This document shows, piece after piece, positions 1 through 10,877 of a DNA stretch of 64,000 nt. The notes beneath the pieces were generated by a model, which did no database searches, had not been told where the DNA came from, and was given only the letters and a program-made list of their open reading frames with translations. This stretch comes from Podospora anserina (Eukaryota): contig CM030333.1 of NCBI GenBank assembly GCA_017654855.1, positions 2,356,001 to 2,420,000 of the forward strand, read 5' to 3'. The first letter of the stretch is position 1, and each line of letters begins with the position of its first letter. Both the position numbers and the translations under genes were made by a program.

Positions 1-749
1 ACTCCCCTGTCCTGTCTGGACCCTAAGCCAGCCAGTAACGCAACATGACAGTAGGCGATCCGAAACCGGGGCTTTTCTGTCAATGGAAAGCTGCCAGAAA
101 TGACGCGACTCGTGCCTTTTCCCCAGACTTTTACGCAAGTGTTTTACAGGGGGTTAATGTCAGTCGCAGTGGCTTCCCGTGGGGCGTGGGGTTGTTCACA
201 GGGCACCAGGGGAATCATTGCCTGCCGGAAGAGAACCTTTTCAGAGGGGGTTGAGTGGATGTGGGGGTCTTGCAGCGCCGAGACCGTTTGATGGCGGGGT
301 TGCTCTCTGTTCATGTTTCTCCAGACATATATCCGCATGAATAGGATGAAAGATGAGCTCAAACCTTGGTGAGTTGGCTGTTATATGTGAGGTAGAGGTG
401 TAAAGAGTGGAAGACACTCGGCGGTAAACAGCCGGAGTTTGATCTGACATCCGAGGGTTTGCTCACCTTGGTCGAGGGCATAAACAAAGCATATGCGGTA
501 GAGGTGTGTCGTTGACCGAAAGAGTGTCATTGGAGGAAGATCAATTGTCAAAGAATTGGTAAGGGACATACTTAATCCGCAACATACAACCTACACTCCT
601 CCAAAGGCATTGGATCTCCAAGTCACCGTTGATATGTCACCCCTGTCGATGACACCCGCTTGAGCCTCATCGTTCTCTCGGGCCCAGACATCTGCCGTGA
701 TCCACCAGCCGAAGCTTAGGCACCGTTGACTGGCAGGGATGCTTGCTAT

Positions 750-782
750 CACCACCACCACCACCACCACCACCACCACCAA
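750..782. repeat. (CAC)n trinucleotide microsatellite
   Basis: About 10 tandem CAC/ACC units read directly from the sequence. Confidence 0.9.
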
Positions 783-1226
783 CCTGCTGGGTGGTGCTTG
801 GTCAGGGGCATAAATAAGTGTTCGGGTCCCTCTCCCGACCTCGGATGAGAAATATTCCCCCAAGTCGTTGGCCTTTAACTTGTCTCGTCCAGTTACCTAT
901 CACACCGTCACCAGTCTACAATACCCATGAGAGTGGAGCGCTAGACTTATCCGCCAACACTCCCTCCCGCCTTGTTCCTGTCGCTTATTCCACTCCAGCC
1001 GCTGATCGCCTACCATGGCCGACACTCGAAAGCCAGCCGAAGCAGGCCCGGCAAGACACTCTCACGGCGCACCATCAGCTTCGTTCCGTGCGTGTGCCCA
1101 CCTTGTTTTGGATTTAGCTCTACCCCTCTGTCGCTTGTCTTCCTGCCCCGTTGTCCTGTTCCCGAACACGAGCTTCGTCCTGACCCCCACTCATCGCTCA
1201 TCTCACGGTTTGAATTTCATCGTCTA

Positions 1227-2403
1227 ATGGATCACACAGCAACCCACAACTCGCCACGGACGTGGTTTCTCACATCCTCGCTATCACCGCTATGTATACG
1301 GTTGATCCGGTTATTACTAGCACACGGTGACTACGTGGTGGCCTGTCTACCACCGGCAGAAATCGAAAACGACGACAGAAGCGCCGAGTTCCGTGAGCTC
1401 ATCAACGAATGCAAGAGCAACCGCAAAGACCGCGAAGGATGGAAAGATCGAATCAGGGGTATCCGGTGCGACGGCCGGGTAATGGGGCAGAGTGGTGCTG
1501 CCATAGCGGAAGCCGTCCAAGTCTTTGGCCGAATTGATATCTTGCTATGTTGCAAGTTTGAAGGTATCTCACATTCCCCATCTCACCTCTCCCATGCCCT
1601 CGCTCACATTTCCCACAGCTGTCATCGGCACGGTAGAAGAACTCTCCACCACCCCCCGGACCCGCAACCTCGTCCGCGACCAGTTTGAAACTATCTTCTT
1701 CTCCCAAGTCAACTTTATCAAAGCCGCCCTTCCCCAGTTCCGCGCTCAGCACACAGGTCACATCATCATTCTCACTAGCATCGGCGGGCATATCGGTACC
1801 CCGGGCATGTCGATCTACACCGCCGCCACCTGGGCCCTCGAAGGCTACTGCGACTCCTTGGCCTACGAAATCGCCCCCTTCAACATCAAGGTCACTGTTG
1901 TCCAACCCAACAAGGAGATCCAATCCCTCACCAACAAGATCGTCTTCGCGCCTCAGCTACCGTACTATGACTCTGATGTGAACCCAGCACCGTCGGTGAG
2001 GGAGATCTACGGGAATATGCTGAACGCCAACCCAGAGACGGCGATTGATCACCTCGTGGGAGCGGAGGAGAGGCCGGATGATATACAATATCGGTATCCT
2101 AAACTGCCGGCGGCGGCGTATGACAAGCTGGTGATGGAGACGGTGCATGCCTTGACGGCCATTGGGGGGCATGAGAACCCGCCGGCGAGGCATATTGTTG
2201 GGTTTGACGGGGCGATTGCTGTGAAGGAGAAGTTGAAGACGGTGACGGAGGAGTTGGAGGATTTTGTGGAGGCGAGCGTGGCGGTGGATATTTTTGATAG
2301 TGAGCTGAAGAAGGAAGCGAGGCAAGGGGGGGGAAATAGGGAGGGGGGAGGGGGTGGGCAGGGGAGGTATATGAGCGAGGATGTGCAGATAGGGATGATG
2401 TGA
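1227..2403 (+). CDS. Atypical short-chain dehydrogenase/reductase-like protein; 2 exons, intron 1564-1618
   Basis: ATG at 1227. A GTATCT...GCTCAC...CAG intron joins ORFs 972..1688 and 1525..2403 in frame. SDR-like motifs FGRIDILL, GHIIILTSIGG and YTAATWALEG..SLAYEIAPFNIKVT. Confidence 0.8.
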
Positions 2404-2524
2404 GTGATAACAGTGCTTGTAAAGGGAATAGTATGTATATAGTTAGGTGTTTGATATCAAGGTAGATAAGGAAAAGCGAGGTTATGGCAGATAACTAAGT
2501 ACTGTTTAGTGATTTTTTGTATTC

Positions 2525-2750
2525 TTATTTTTTATTTTATTTTATTTTATTTTATTTTATTTTATTTTATTTTATTTTATTTTATTTTATTTTATTTTAT
2601 TTTATTTTATTTTATTTTATTTTATTTTATTTTATTTTTTTAATTATTTTTTTTTAATTATTTTTTTAATTATTTTTTTAATTAATTTTTTTTTTAATTA
2701 TTTTTTATTTAAATTTTTTTTCTTGGTTTTTTTTAGGGTTTTTTTTTATT
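2525..2750. repeat. (TTTTA)n pentanucleotide array decaying into an almost pure A/T tract
   Basis: About 20 TTTTA units up to ~2640, then degenerate T/A runs. Confidence 0.95.
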
Positions 2751-3299
2751 CCACGGCCGTCTGGAGCTCGGTATATAGGATGATGGAATAGCTATATACG
2801 TGGTCATGAAGATGGTCTGGTGGTCTACAGCGATCCAGCCAACAAAACGTTTTTTGTTTTATTTTTCCATCAAACGTCTCGACAGCTCAAAAATTGGACC
2901 CCTTTTCGATGCCCTTGAGGATTCAGGGGCACCCGTTGGGTACAAGTCCCCCGTGGCTGAAAATAGCGGGCCAATTATAGCGACCATAGCTCCACCAAGG
3001 TCACACCTCCCCGCCGTGGCACGAACCTAGCGGCCGACACCCCCCCATTGGCATGGGCTGGCATCGCATTGCATGTCATTAAAACAAGTCCACCCCGGGC
3101 AGGCATCGACAAGGCCCAAAATCAGGAGCTCTCTTTTCCTTACGTCAACTTTGAGGTCGGTCAGCTGTGTTCACGGCAACGGACATACCTATCTATCACG
3201 ACGAACGCACTGTGCTCGACGCGACCGACCCCTACAGCTCCGAAACACACCTCTCGACAAACAGGAGCTCCTCGACATGTCCCTGCCCCCTTCGCCATC

Positions 3300-6200
3300 A
3301 TGACTCTCGATCCCTTCATACCCATCGCCCCGGCTAGGATAAAAGTGCTGGTGCTGCCCATCGGCCACATCAAACGGGAGCGCTTCACCGCCTTCGTCAA
3401 CCGCCTCAATGAAGAGCACATTGTCCACCTCCGGGACGTCACGCCCGACAGCCGGCCTCACAGAAGTACGCGCACTCTCCATACTCTCTCCGCGCCATGG
3501 CACAACCAACTAACGTGATGTTTTCCCTATTCAGACATGTTCTCCCCCCTGGCCTTCCCGGGAGGCGCAATGTTCTACGAGCTCATGACCCACCAGCCCT
3601 CCCCTTCCCACCTCGCCCTCTCCCCCTTCGACCTCTGGCGCGAACAGCTAGCCGTGATCGCCATTGCCGACGGCACAGAGCTAGGCGCCTCAGTCTTCAA
3701 CAAACGCCACTCCGGCGCCGGCGGCCGAACGGTAGAAGAAACCAACATCCGAACCCTCTACCAAGACCTCGAAAACCTCCGAGACCAATACCCAAAGATG
3801 CTCGCCCACCAGGTCCTCATCTTTGACTACCTCCCCGCCGGGGAGAACCCGATCCCCATCCCAGAAGGGATAATCACCATCCCCCCACCCGACAAGCTCA
3901 AGCGCACAACCATAAAGACGGTCATGTGCGACGTGTCCTCCATCATCCTCGCCGAGATGACCACCCTGGCCAAGTCTTTTGAGGGGCTATCCCACATCGA
4001 CTCACCCGGTGTTCACTCTTCGGCCGCCCAAGACAGGATGAATGGTTTGGTGGGACAGGATGGGATGGCCAGGAGGAACTCGCAGTTTGCCCTCCCCGGC
4101 GGCAGCCGGTCCGTCTCGGCGACCGCTCTGGCAGATCGCGGCCACCACGCGCGCATGTCGATGCCTCCTGTTTCGTCCTCCAAAACGGCGTCTTTTGGCG
4201 GCGGCGGCGGGTCGAGTAGTTCTACGCCGTCGGTGAGGCCTACTACTCCTATAAGCGGGAACAAACCACTTCCCAATCCGCCGCTCTACACGTTTGACAA
4301 TATCATTGGTCCCGCCTCTTCGGACCAACCACCAGCACGATCCGACCCAACCGATAGCTTTGGCAGTCATGACAAAGTTTCTGTCCAAGGTTTTGGCTCG
4401 GGGGGTATGGACGCGAGGATAAGGTCCAAGTCTCGGTGTCGTATCCAGGTTGTCATTGGGAGTTTGTACCTCCAATCCGGCCTCTGGTCCAACGCGCTGA
4501 AGGAGCTGACCGAAGCGGCCACGGTGGCCAAGTCGATCAACGATCATGTCTGGCACGGGAAAGCGCTGGAGTTGTGTCTAGTCTGTCTGTTGTTGCTTGG
4601 ATGGGCGGGGATAGAGTTTGCGATCCCTAGCGTGCTGCTCCCGCCGGGTGACAAAGGGAGCGGGATAGCGCAGCAGATCAACGAGGCGGAGGCAAAAGAC
4701 CCGAGGCAGGAGAAGTGGCTGAGGCATCTGCAGTGTTACATACCCGAGGTGGTGGAGAGGATACTGGGGTTGTACTCGAGGCTGACGGCCGAGTGTTTGC
4801 CGCCTGTGCCGTGGAGCGAGGCGGTGGTGAGGTTTGCGAGGATGTTGACTGCGCTGCACGTGGCTGGGGGGAGGTTGGGGAGGGAGAGCTTGGGGATGAT
4901 GGTTTTGGGGGTGGAGGAGGGGGAGGGAGAGGGGAAGGGAAAGGGGAAGAGGTTGCTGACCACGAGTCCGAGGTTTACGGTGAACCCGACGAGGACGGTG
5001 ATTGTGCAGATGGTTTTCAGGGCTTTTCCTGCCAGTGCGGCGAGCGAGTTGCTGATGACTGTGGATCGGGTGACAATTCTGAGCGGGATTGCGAGTGTGC
5101 TTGGGATGTTGGGGTTTCAGAGGAAGAAGGCGATGGTGGTGAGGGAGTTGGTCAGTGTGCTGATTGGGGGGCTGGTGGAGGCTAGGACGAGGGGGGCGGC
5201 GGACGTGGGGATCCATCCGGCGGCTGGGCTGGTTGGGTTGAATGGGATGAATGGGGGGGCGGGGGGTGGTGGTGGGAGTGGTGCGGGTGCTTTGGATTTG
5301 GCAGAGGGGGATGTTGAGAGGGGGATTGACGAGTTTTTGGGGGTGTTGCTGAGGACGTATGGGGTTGTGGGGGATGTGGGACAGGCTGGGAAGGCGAGGG
5401 AGAACATGCAGGTTGCCGTGACGGATGATGATGAGAAGACTACGACGACGAGGGACACGAAGGATACCGACTTGGAGGTTGTGGCGAGGATTCAGAGGCA
5501 GTCGGCCGCGAGGTTTTTCGGCATGCAGACTGTCAAGTTGAATATCCTGAGGTCGTGCATCAACTTCAGCGAGGCCTTGCCTGACTTTGCGGGAGTGTTG
5601 AAATACTCGAGCGATCTTTTGAGGACGGCGGGAAGTGGGATTGCGCCTGGTCCGAGGAGGGAGGATGCTTATCCTGCGATATCGAGGGAGGAACAGGTTC
5701 GTCTGATGGCCAATATTCTCAAGACGTCGAACTTGTCCAAGAGGATGGGCATTGGCGAGCTGGCGGCTGAGTACTGGGACGAGTTTCTGCTCAGAGGCAT
5801 AAGGCTGGAACCTTTGCCTGTCACGAGAACGCCGGTTGCGCACGCCAAAACGGTCTTGCCTGGAGCGGCGACTGCTCGGGCTTCGCAGGATGTGGACCCA
5901 TTTATTTACAATCCCTTTTTGAAGCGACCGGACACTGCCATGGTTGAGTCGACGTTGGTTGCTGGTGAGCCAGCCACCTTTCGGCTGACACTCCAGAACC
6001 CTTTTGAAATGGAGGTGGACATTGAAAGTGTTCGTCTCGACACGGAAGGGGCCGATTTTGAATCAGGTGTCGAGCACACTATTATTGGACCCTATCGGAC
6101 GCAAATCTTGAGAATATCCGGCACACCAAAAGCTGGCGGGACCGTCAAGGTTACGGGCGCGGTGATCAAAGTGAGAGGCTGCCGGGAGAGGCGGTTTCCC

Positions 6201-7790
6201 ATTTTTGTTGAGCCTTGGGCCCCTGACAATGAAACCAGAACAAAAGCTTCTGGGATCACTGCCCTTGAGGCGAACATGGTTGCCGTGTCACCGGCTGTCG
6301 AGCGTTTGAAGCCCTACAACTTTGACCTCAAAGTCATCTCTCCACAGCCTACTGTGGTAGTCAAGTCGTCTACCCTCCCTCAGTCCTCGGTGATGATCTT
6401 GGAAGGGGAAAGGCAGCGGTTTTCAGTCACCTTGCAAAACCTGTCACCTGACACTCCTGTTGATTTTCTTTTGTTTTCTTTCAAAGATTCGACACAGGAA
6501 CCCCTTCAAACCGCACTCAACAGCCGCGATGCCACGGCCACGGAGCTCTACGAGTATGAGCTCATCCTGGCCAAGAAACAGGCGCTCCGTCTCCGCAACC
6601 GTGCCCGCAACGACCGGTTTATCGCTCCCGGCCAAACAGCCACATTTGACTTTGAAATCTTGGGCAAACCTGGTCTGACGCACGGTCTGATCCAGGTCGA
6701 CTACGCGCACTTGGGTGTGCCCCCGGATGAGATCGCCGACCAGTTCTACACCCGCCAAGTCTCGATGGAGCTGACTGTGACGGTCAACGCCAGTGTTGAC
6801 ATCAGCCGGGTGGACGTCATACCGTTGAATAGCTCCATCCCCGAGTCGCTTTGGACCAAATCCCTGGATAAAACAACCCAACTCCTCACCCCGGAAACGC
6901 ACTGCCTCTTGCTCCTGGATCTAAGGAACTCCTGGCCGAGCCAGATGACGGTGTCGCTATCATCAGGCGGCGGGGAGAATGACAGGCCGATCGGCATGGA
7001 AGAACATATACTGCCGGGTAACACCACCCGTCTTGTCCTGCCCATCAGGAGGGTTTATCTTGAAGACCCCCACGCTTTCATCCCGGCGCTCAACCCCTCT
7101 CGCCAGAGGCAGTTTGTGGTTTCGACCAAGATTTCCCCCGAAGCCGAAAAAGCAAGCCGCGAAGCGTTTTGGTATCGGGAAAAAGTCCTTGATTCGCTCC
7201 GGGGGACGTGGAAGACTTTTACAGGCAAGACGAGAGAAGGGGAGATTAGCTTTAGGGGGATGAGGTTCAACAGCAAGATGGTCGATGTGATCAGGGTTGA
7301 TGAGGTTGACATTGATATCTCCCTCTCTGGGTCGGGGGAAAGGGAGGGGGGGAAGGAGGGGAAGGCATACGTCGACGAGTTTCTGGAGCTCAAAGTAAGG
7401 GTTGTCAACCGGGGGAAAAGGCCGGTGTTGGGGTTGTTGAGGCTCATGCCTGTGCTTTGCCATCGGCCGTTTAATGTCTCTTTGGATTTTACGAGGAAGA
7501 TGGCAAAGTTTGCGTGGAATGGGAACTTGCAGTTTCCGATTGGACGGGTGGAGGGGGATGGCGGGGTGAGGGAGGTGAGCATGGGGGTTACGGTTTTGTG
7601 CAGGGGGGCGTTTGAGATTGGGGGGAGTGTGGAGGAGGTTGTGCCGTATGTGGAGGAGGAAAACGGGGAGGGGAAGAAGGAGGTGGAGGATTTTGGGTTG
7701 ATGGTTGCCGGCGGGAGGAGGAGGGAGAGGAGGGTTTGGCATGCTAGGAGGGGGTGTAGAGTTGTAGTGAGGGATCGGCCTGAGGAGTAA
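3300..7790 (+). CDS. TRS120: TRAPPII complex subunit Trs120 (HypA); intron 3466-3534
   Basis: N-terminus MTLDPFIPIAPARIKVLVLPIG...RPHRNMFSPLAFPGG after splicing GTACGC...CTAAC...CAG. Family motifs DHVWHGKALE, GFQRKKAMV and DPFIYNPF; about 1470 aa. Confidence 0.92.
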
Positions 7791-7820
7791 AGGGGGTGTA
7801 AACAGAGGTTGGGTGGTGTG

Positions 7821-7842
7821 TATATATATATATATATATATA
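7821..7842. repeat. (TA)n microsatellite in 3' flank
   Basis: Read directly from the sequence. Confidence 0.85.
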
Positions 7843-8090
7843 ATATTCAGTATCGACAAGTACCACGTTTGTGGTCATGAGGAATGAAAAAGTGAGAGAT
7901 TAGCTTGTATGATTTCACTATTGTTGTTGCCCCCGCCTCCGAAAGAGAGCATCATGCTATTTCCACAGCAGTCCAGATTCTATCCTACTTTTGTTCATCC
8001 CACCCTATTATCCCAACCACAAAAAAAAACGCCATGCTAATTCAATTTTCCCAAAAACACCAAATATTATTAACCAACAACCCAATGTCC

Positions 8091-9431
8091 TTACATAACC
8101 CCACAACTCCCCCTCACCACCTCGGGCACCACATCCTCCAGCTTCGGCACCGCCATCGCAGTATGATACCACTCCAAATGCTCCCTAAACTCCTCCACGC
8201 TCCCAAACCCCTTGTCGTCCATCACATACTTCATCTCCCCCGAGTCCTCCCCCTCGTCCAAATAAGTGTCCTCTTCACAGTAGGGACATACAATCCCCGC
8301 CTGCCACTCCCCCGGCTCGGGGGGCATGTGGTTCGCTATCGCCAACGGCGCAAACACCAGTGTCTTTGGCTCGTTGGCTGTGCATGACAGCCCGGAGGCT
8401 TGCCAGTGGGGGTAGCCATTGTTGACCGTTTTGGAGTCGTATGCTGGTGATAATGGGTCTGGTGGGGGTTGTTGGGGGAGGGTAGATCTGACAGAGGGCA
8501 TGGTGCGGAGGTCGGGCCAGACGAGGTAGCCGTTGCAAAAGTCGCAGATGAAGGCTGCGTCGTTGAAGGGGGACTCGGAGGGGTTGCCGCTGTTGAGGCG
8601 TTGGAACCGGCCGATTTGGTTGCATTTTGGGACGAGGGATTCGAGGGAGGGGGGGCGGCGGAGGGGGTGGTGTTTGGTGGTGATTTGGGGCATGGTACTG
8701 TCCGGGGAGGTGGGGGATTGGATGTTGTGATCTGGGCGTTGGTGATGATGGGATTGTTGCTGCTGCTGCTGCCAGGGCGGCAGGGCTTCTCTCTGCTTTT
8801 GGAGGCGTAACCTTTCTGCTTCGTTTCGTTTCTGGAGACGGTATACTTGTGTTGCGCCGAGGCAGCGGGGGGTGGGCTGTTCTGCTATCAGGGAGATTCG
8901 TCGGGCGGCGCGGCATTGGGCGCGGTGGAGGTCTTTTCGGAGGGAGGAGGTGTCGCGCGCCCAGATGGGGTTTATCGGGCCGCCTTGACGGGCCCAGGAT
9001 TTGAGGTTTTCGTAGTGTTCTTGGAACTGGGCGAGGAGGAGGCGGAGTTCGTTGAGGGATTCGGCTGTGAAAGGAGGGCATGGCTAGTTAGGATATCTCA
9101 GGGGAAGAGATGTGGGGAAGAAGAGACACAAGAACATACGTATCCTGTCGTTCTCGTAGTAGAACTGGCCGCGCACCAGCTGTCCCATTTCCTGAAAGTC
9201 CTTCTTTGCCTCGTCGAGTGCGTCCTCCAACGCGCGCGTTTGTTCGAACTCGTCGGGTCCCCAGTGACGCTTGTCGGCAAACATGAATAGTCGCAGCGCA
9301 TCTGTCAGACATGTCCCAATGGCGGCCAGAAGAGAGCCGACTGTGTCTGAACTTGCCCCTCCTGCGCGCTCCCCGTGAAAGCCACTGACAACGCTGCTCT
9401 TGCGGCTGCTGCCGCCGGCAGCGTTACTCAT
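8091..9431 (-). CDS. Conserved-looking hypothetical protein with C-terminal Cys/His (zinc-finger-like) motifs; intron 9065-9139
   Basis: ATG at 9431 (MSNAAGG). A GTATGT...CTAAC...CAG intron links to the frame of ORF 8091..8693. Motifs CDFC, CPYC and HLEWYH. Confidence 0.75.
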
Positions 9432-10877
9432 CTCTTGCTCGCCCGCCAATGTCTAGCCAGTTCGACTTTTCAATCTTTGCGCCGGTCAACTATTGGAGGT
9501 GTCGAAGGAGGTTCGGTTCGTCGTCACAAGCCGGGACTTTGTGCTGGTTGCACCAGGTACCTGTCAGTAGTTTGCCGAACGGGACTTGGGCCCGTGATAT
9601 ATTGTTTAAGCAAGACTGGTTCGTCCGAAACAAACAAACACCTTTCCTTCTTCTACTATCTTCCACCGAGTCTTGTCGGGGTCTTGTCGAGGTCTTGTCC
9701 AACGCGCCGGGTGCCGGGTGCCGGGAATGATGTCGATTTATGGGGTCCCTTGTAGAGGGTCCTCTCTAGGGGGGGGGGGGGTTGCTTAAGGTTGGCTTGG
9801 CAGTGGGCACCGGCAGGGAAGCAGCAGTCTAGTTCGGCGGCCTCGGACGCTAAGATAAGCGATAAGATTTCGTGATGCTGATGGCGGGGGTCGTGTTTTC
9901 TCGTGTCGTGAGTTAAAGTGTTTCTACTTTGGTTAGGAACAAGAGATGATGGTCTTTATTAGGGAGTTGGAGTTGAAGAAGCGAGTTGAACAGCTGACTG
10001 TAGCTCCATGCAGACAGTAAACGCCATCACAGACCCAACTGCACCTATCGTTGGACCGCATGCTATGTAGAGACAGGTGCATAGTAAGTAGTACATAGCT
10101 TACTGCGGCATGGGTTTAAAAGGGGAATGCCATGCGTATTTTTGCCATTAGCATTGTCCAATTAATTCTCAACCCACCTTTGAGCCCCTCTCGCTGTGCC
10201 GCACCTGAGGCCGATCAGCAGCCTCAGCCCTACGAGACGAGGCTCGAGATGTTTATCTCCGTGACAGCACTGCGGATCAAGAACATCTTACGGAGTATTT
10301 GTACATTAGTTCCTGGCACCCAAAATAGCTCCGGCCCTGTCGGGCCCTGTCGCGACATCTCAGCTATGTATTCGAGTTTGTCATGTCGTAGCGAAAGCGG
10401 AGGTAAGAAGACGGTCGGAGACATGTGTGGGTTAGGGTTGTGGCCGCGTAAGACCCGGGCCCAGACCGGAGTATTCAGAATTCCTTGTGACAAACAAAAG
10501 AGGAAAAAAAAAAAAAGGAAAAAGGTCCCATTGATGGGTTGAAACTTTTCGGTATCTCATACATCTTTGCCACCTGCCAAATTATCTTGATCTTTTTTTT
10601 TCTTTTTCTAAATCAGTTTTCCTTGCCGGTCCCTGCAGTATGACTTCATAATTTCAGTTTATTTCTTCTCTTCGTGCATCTGCTGGGCGATATACAGAGT
10701 CGGTCCCACGATTTTCTCGGCTCGGTTTCACTCGCTTATCATTCAATTCTTCGGCGGTTTATGAGCGGTTAAACCCGGCCATTCGGTATCAGTCGCTCAT
10801 TGGAGGGAATAGCTTCAAAAGACACACAAATCTGAGGCAGGAAAAGAGGAAGAGGGGGATAGGGTAAGCGGAAATAA

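Noticed and set aside
1-300. Several short stems (GCTTTTC/GGAAAGC, GCGACT/AGTCGC) suggesting a structured RNA
   Set aside because: No SRP, MRP, snRNA, TPP-riboswitch or telomerase motif recognised; stems this short arise by chance and the window edge hides context.
4578-5843. 421-aa antisense ORF inside TRS120, and similar ones at 6963-7859, 34866-35591, 41236-41964 and 43811-44701
   Set aside because: Pro/His/Gln-rich shadow frames caused by the G-rich codon bias of the real gene.
10425-10442. GGGTTAGGGTT as a telomerase RNA template or telomere remnant
   Set aside because: Under two repeats, in a divergent promoter, with no pseudoknot or other telomerase RNA features seen.
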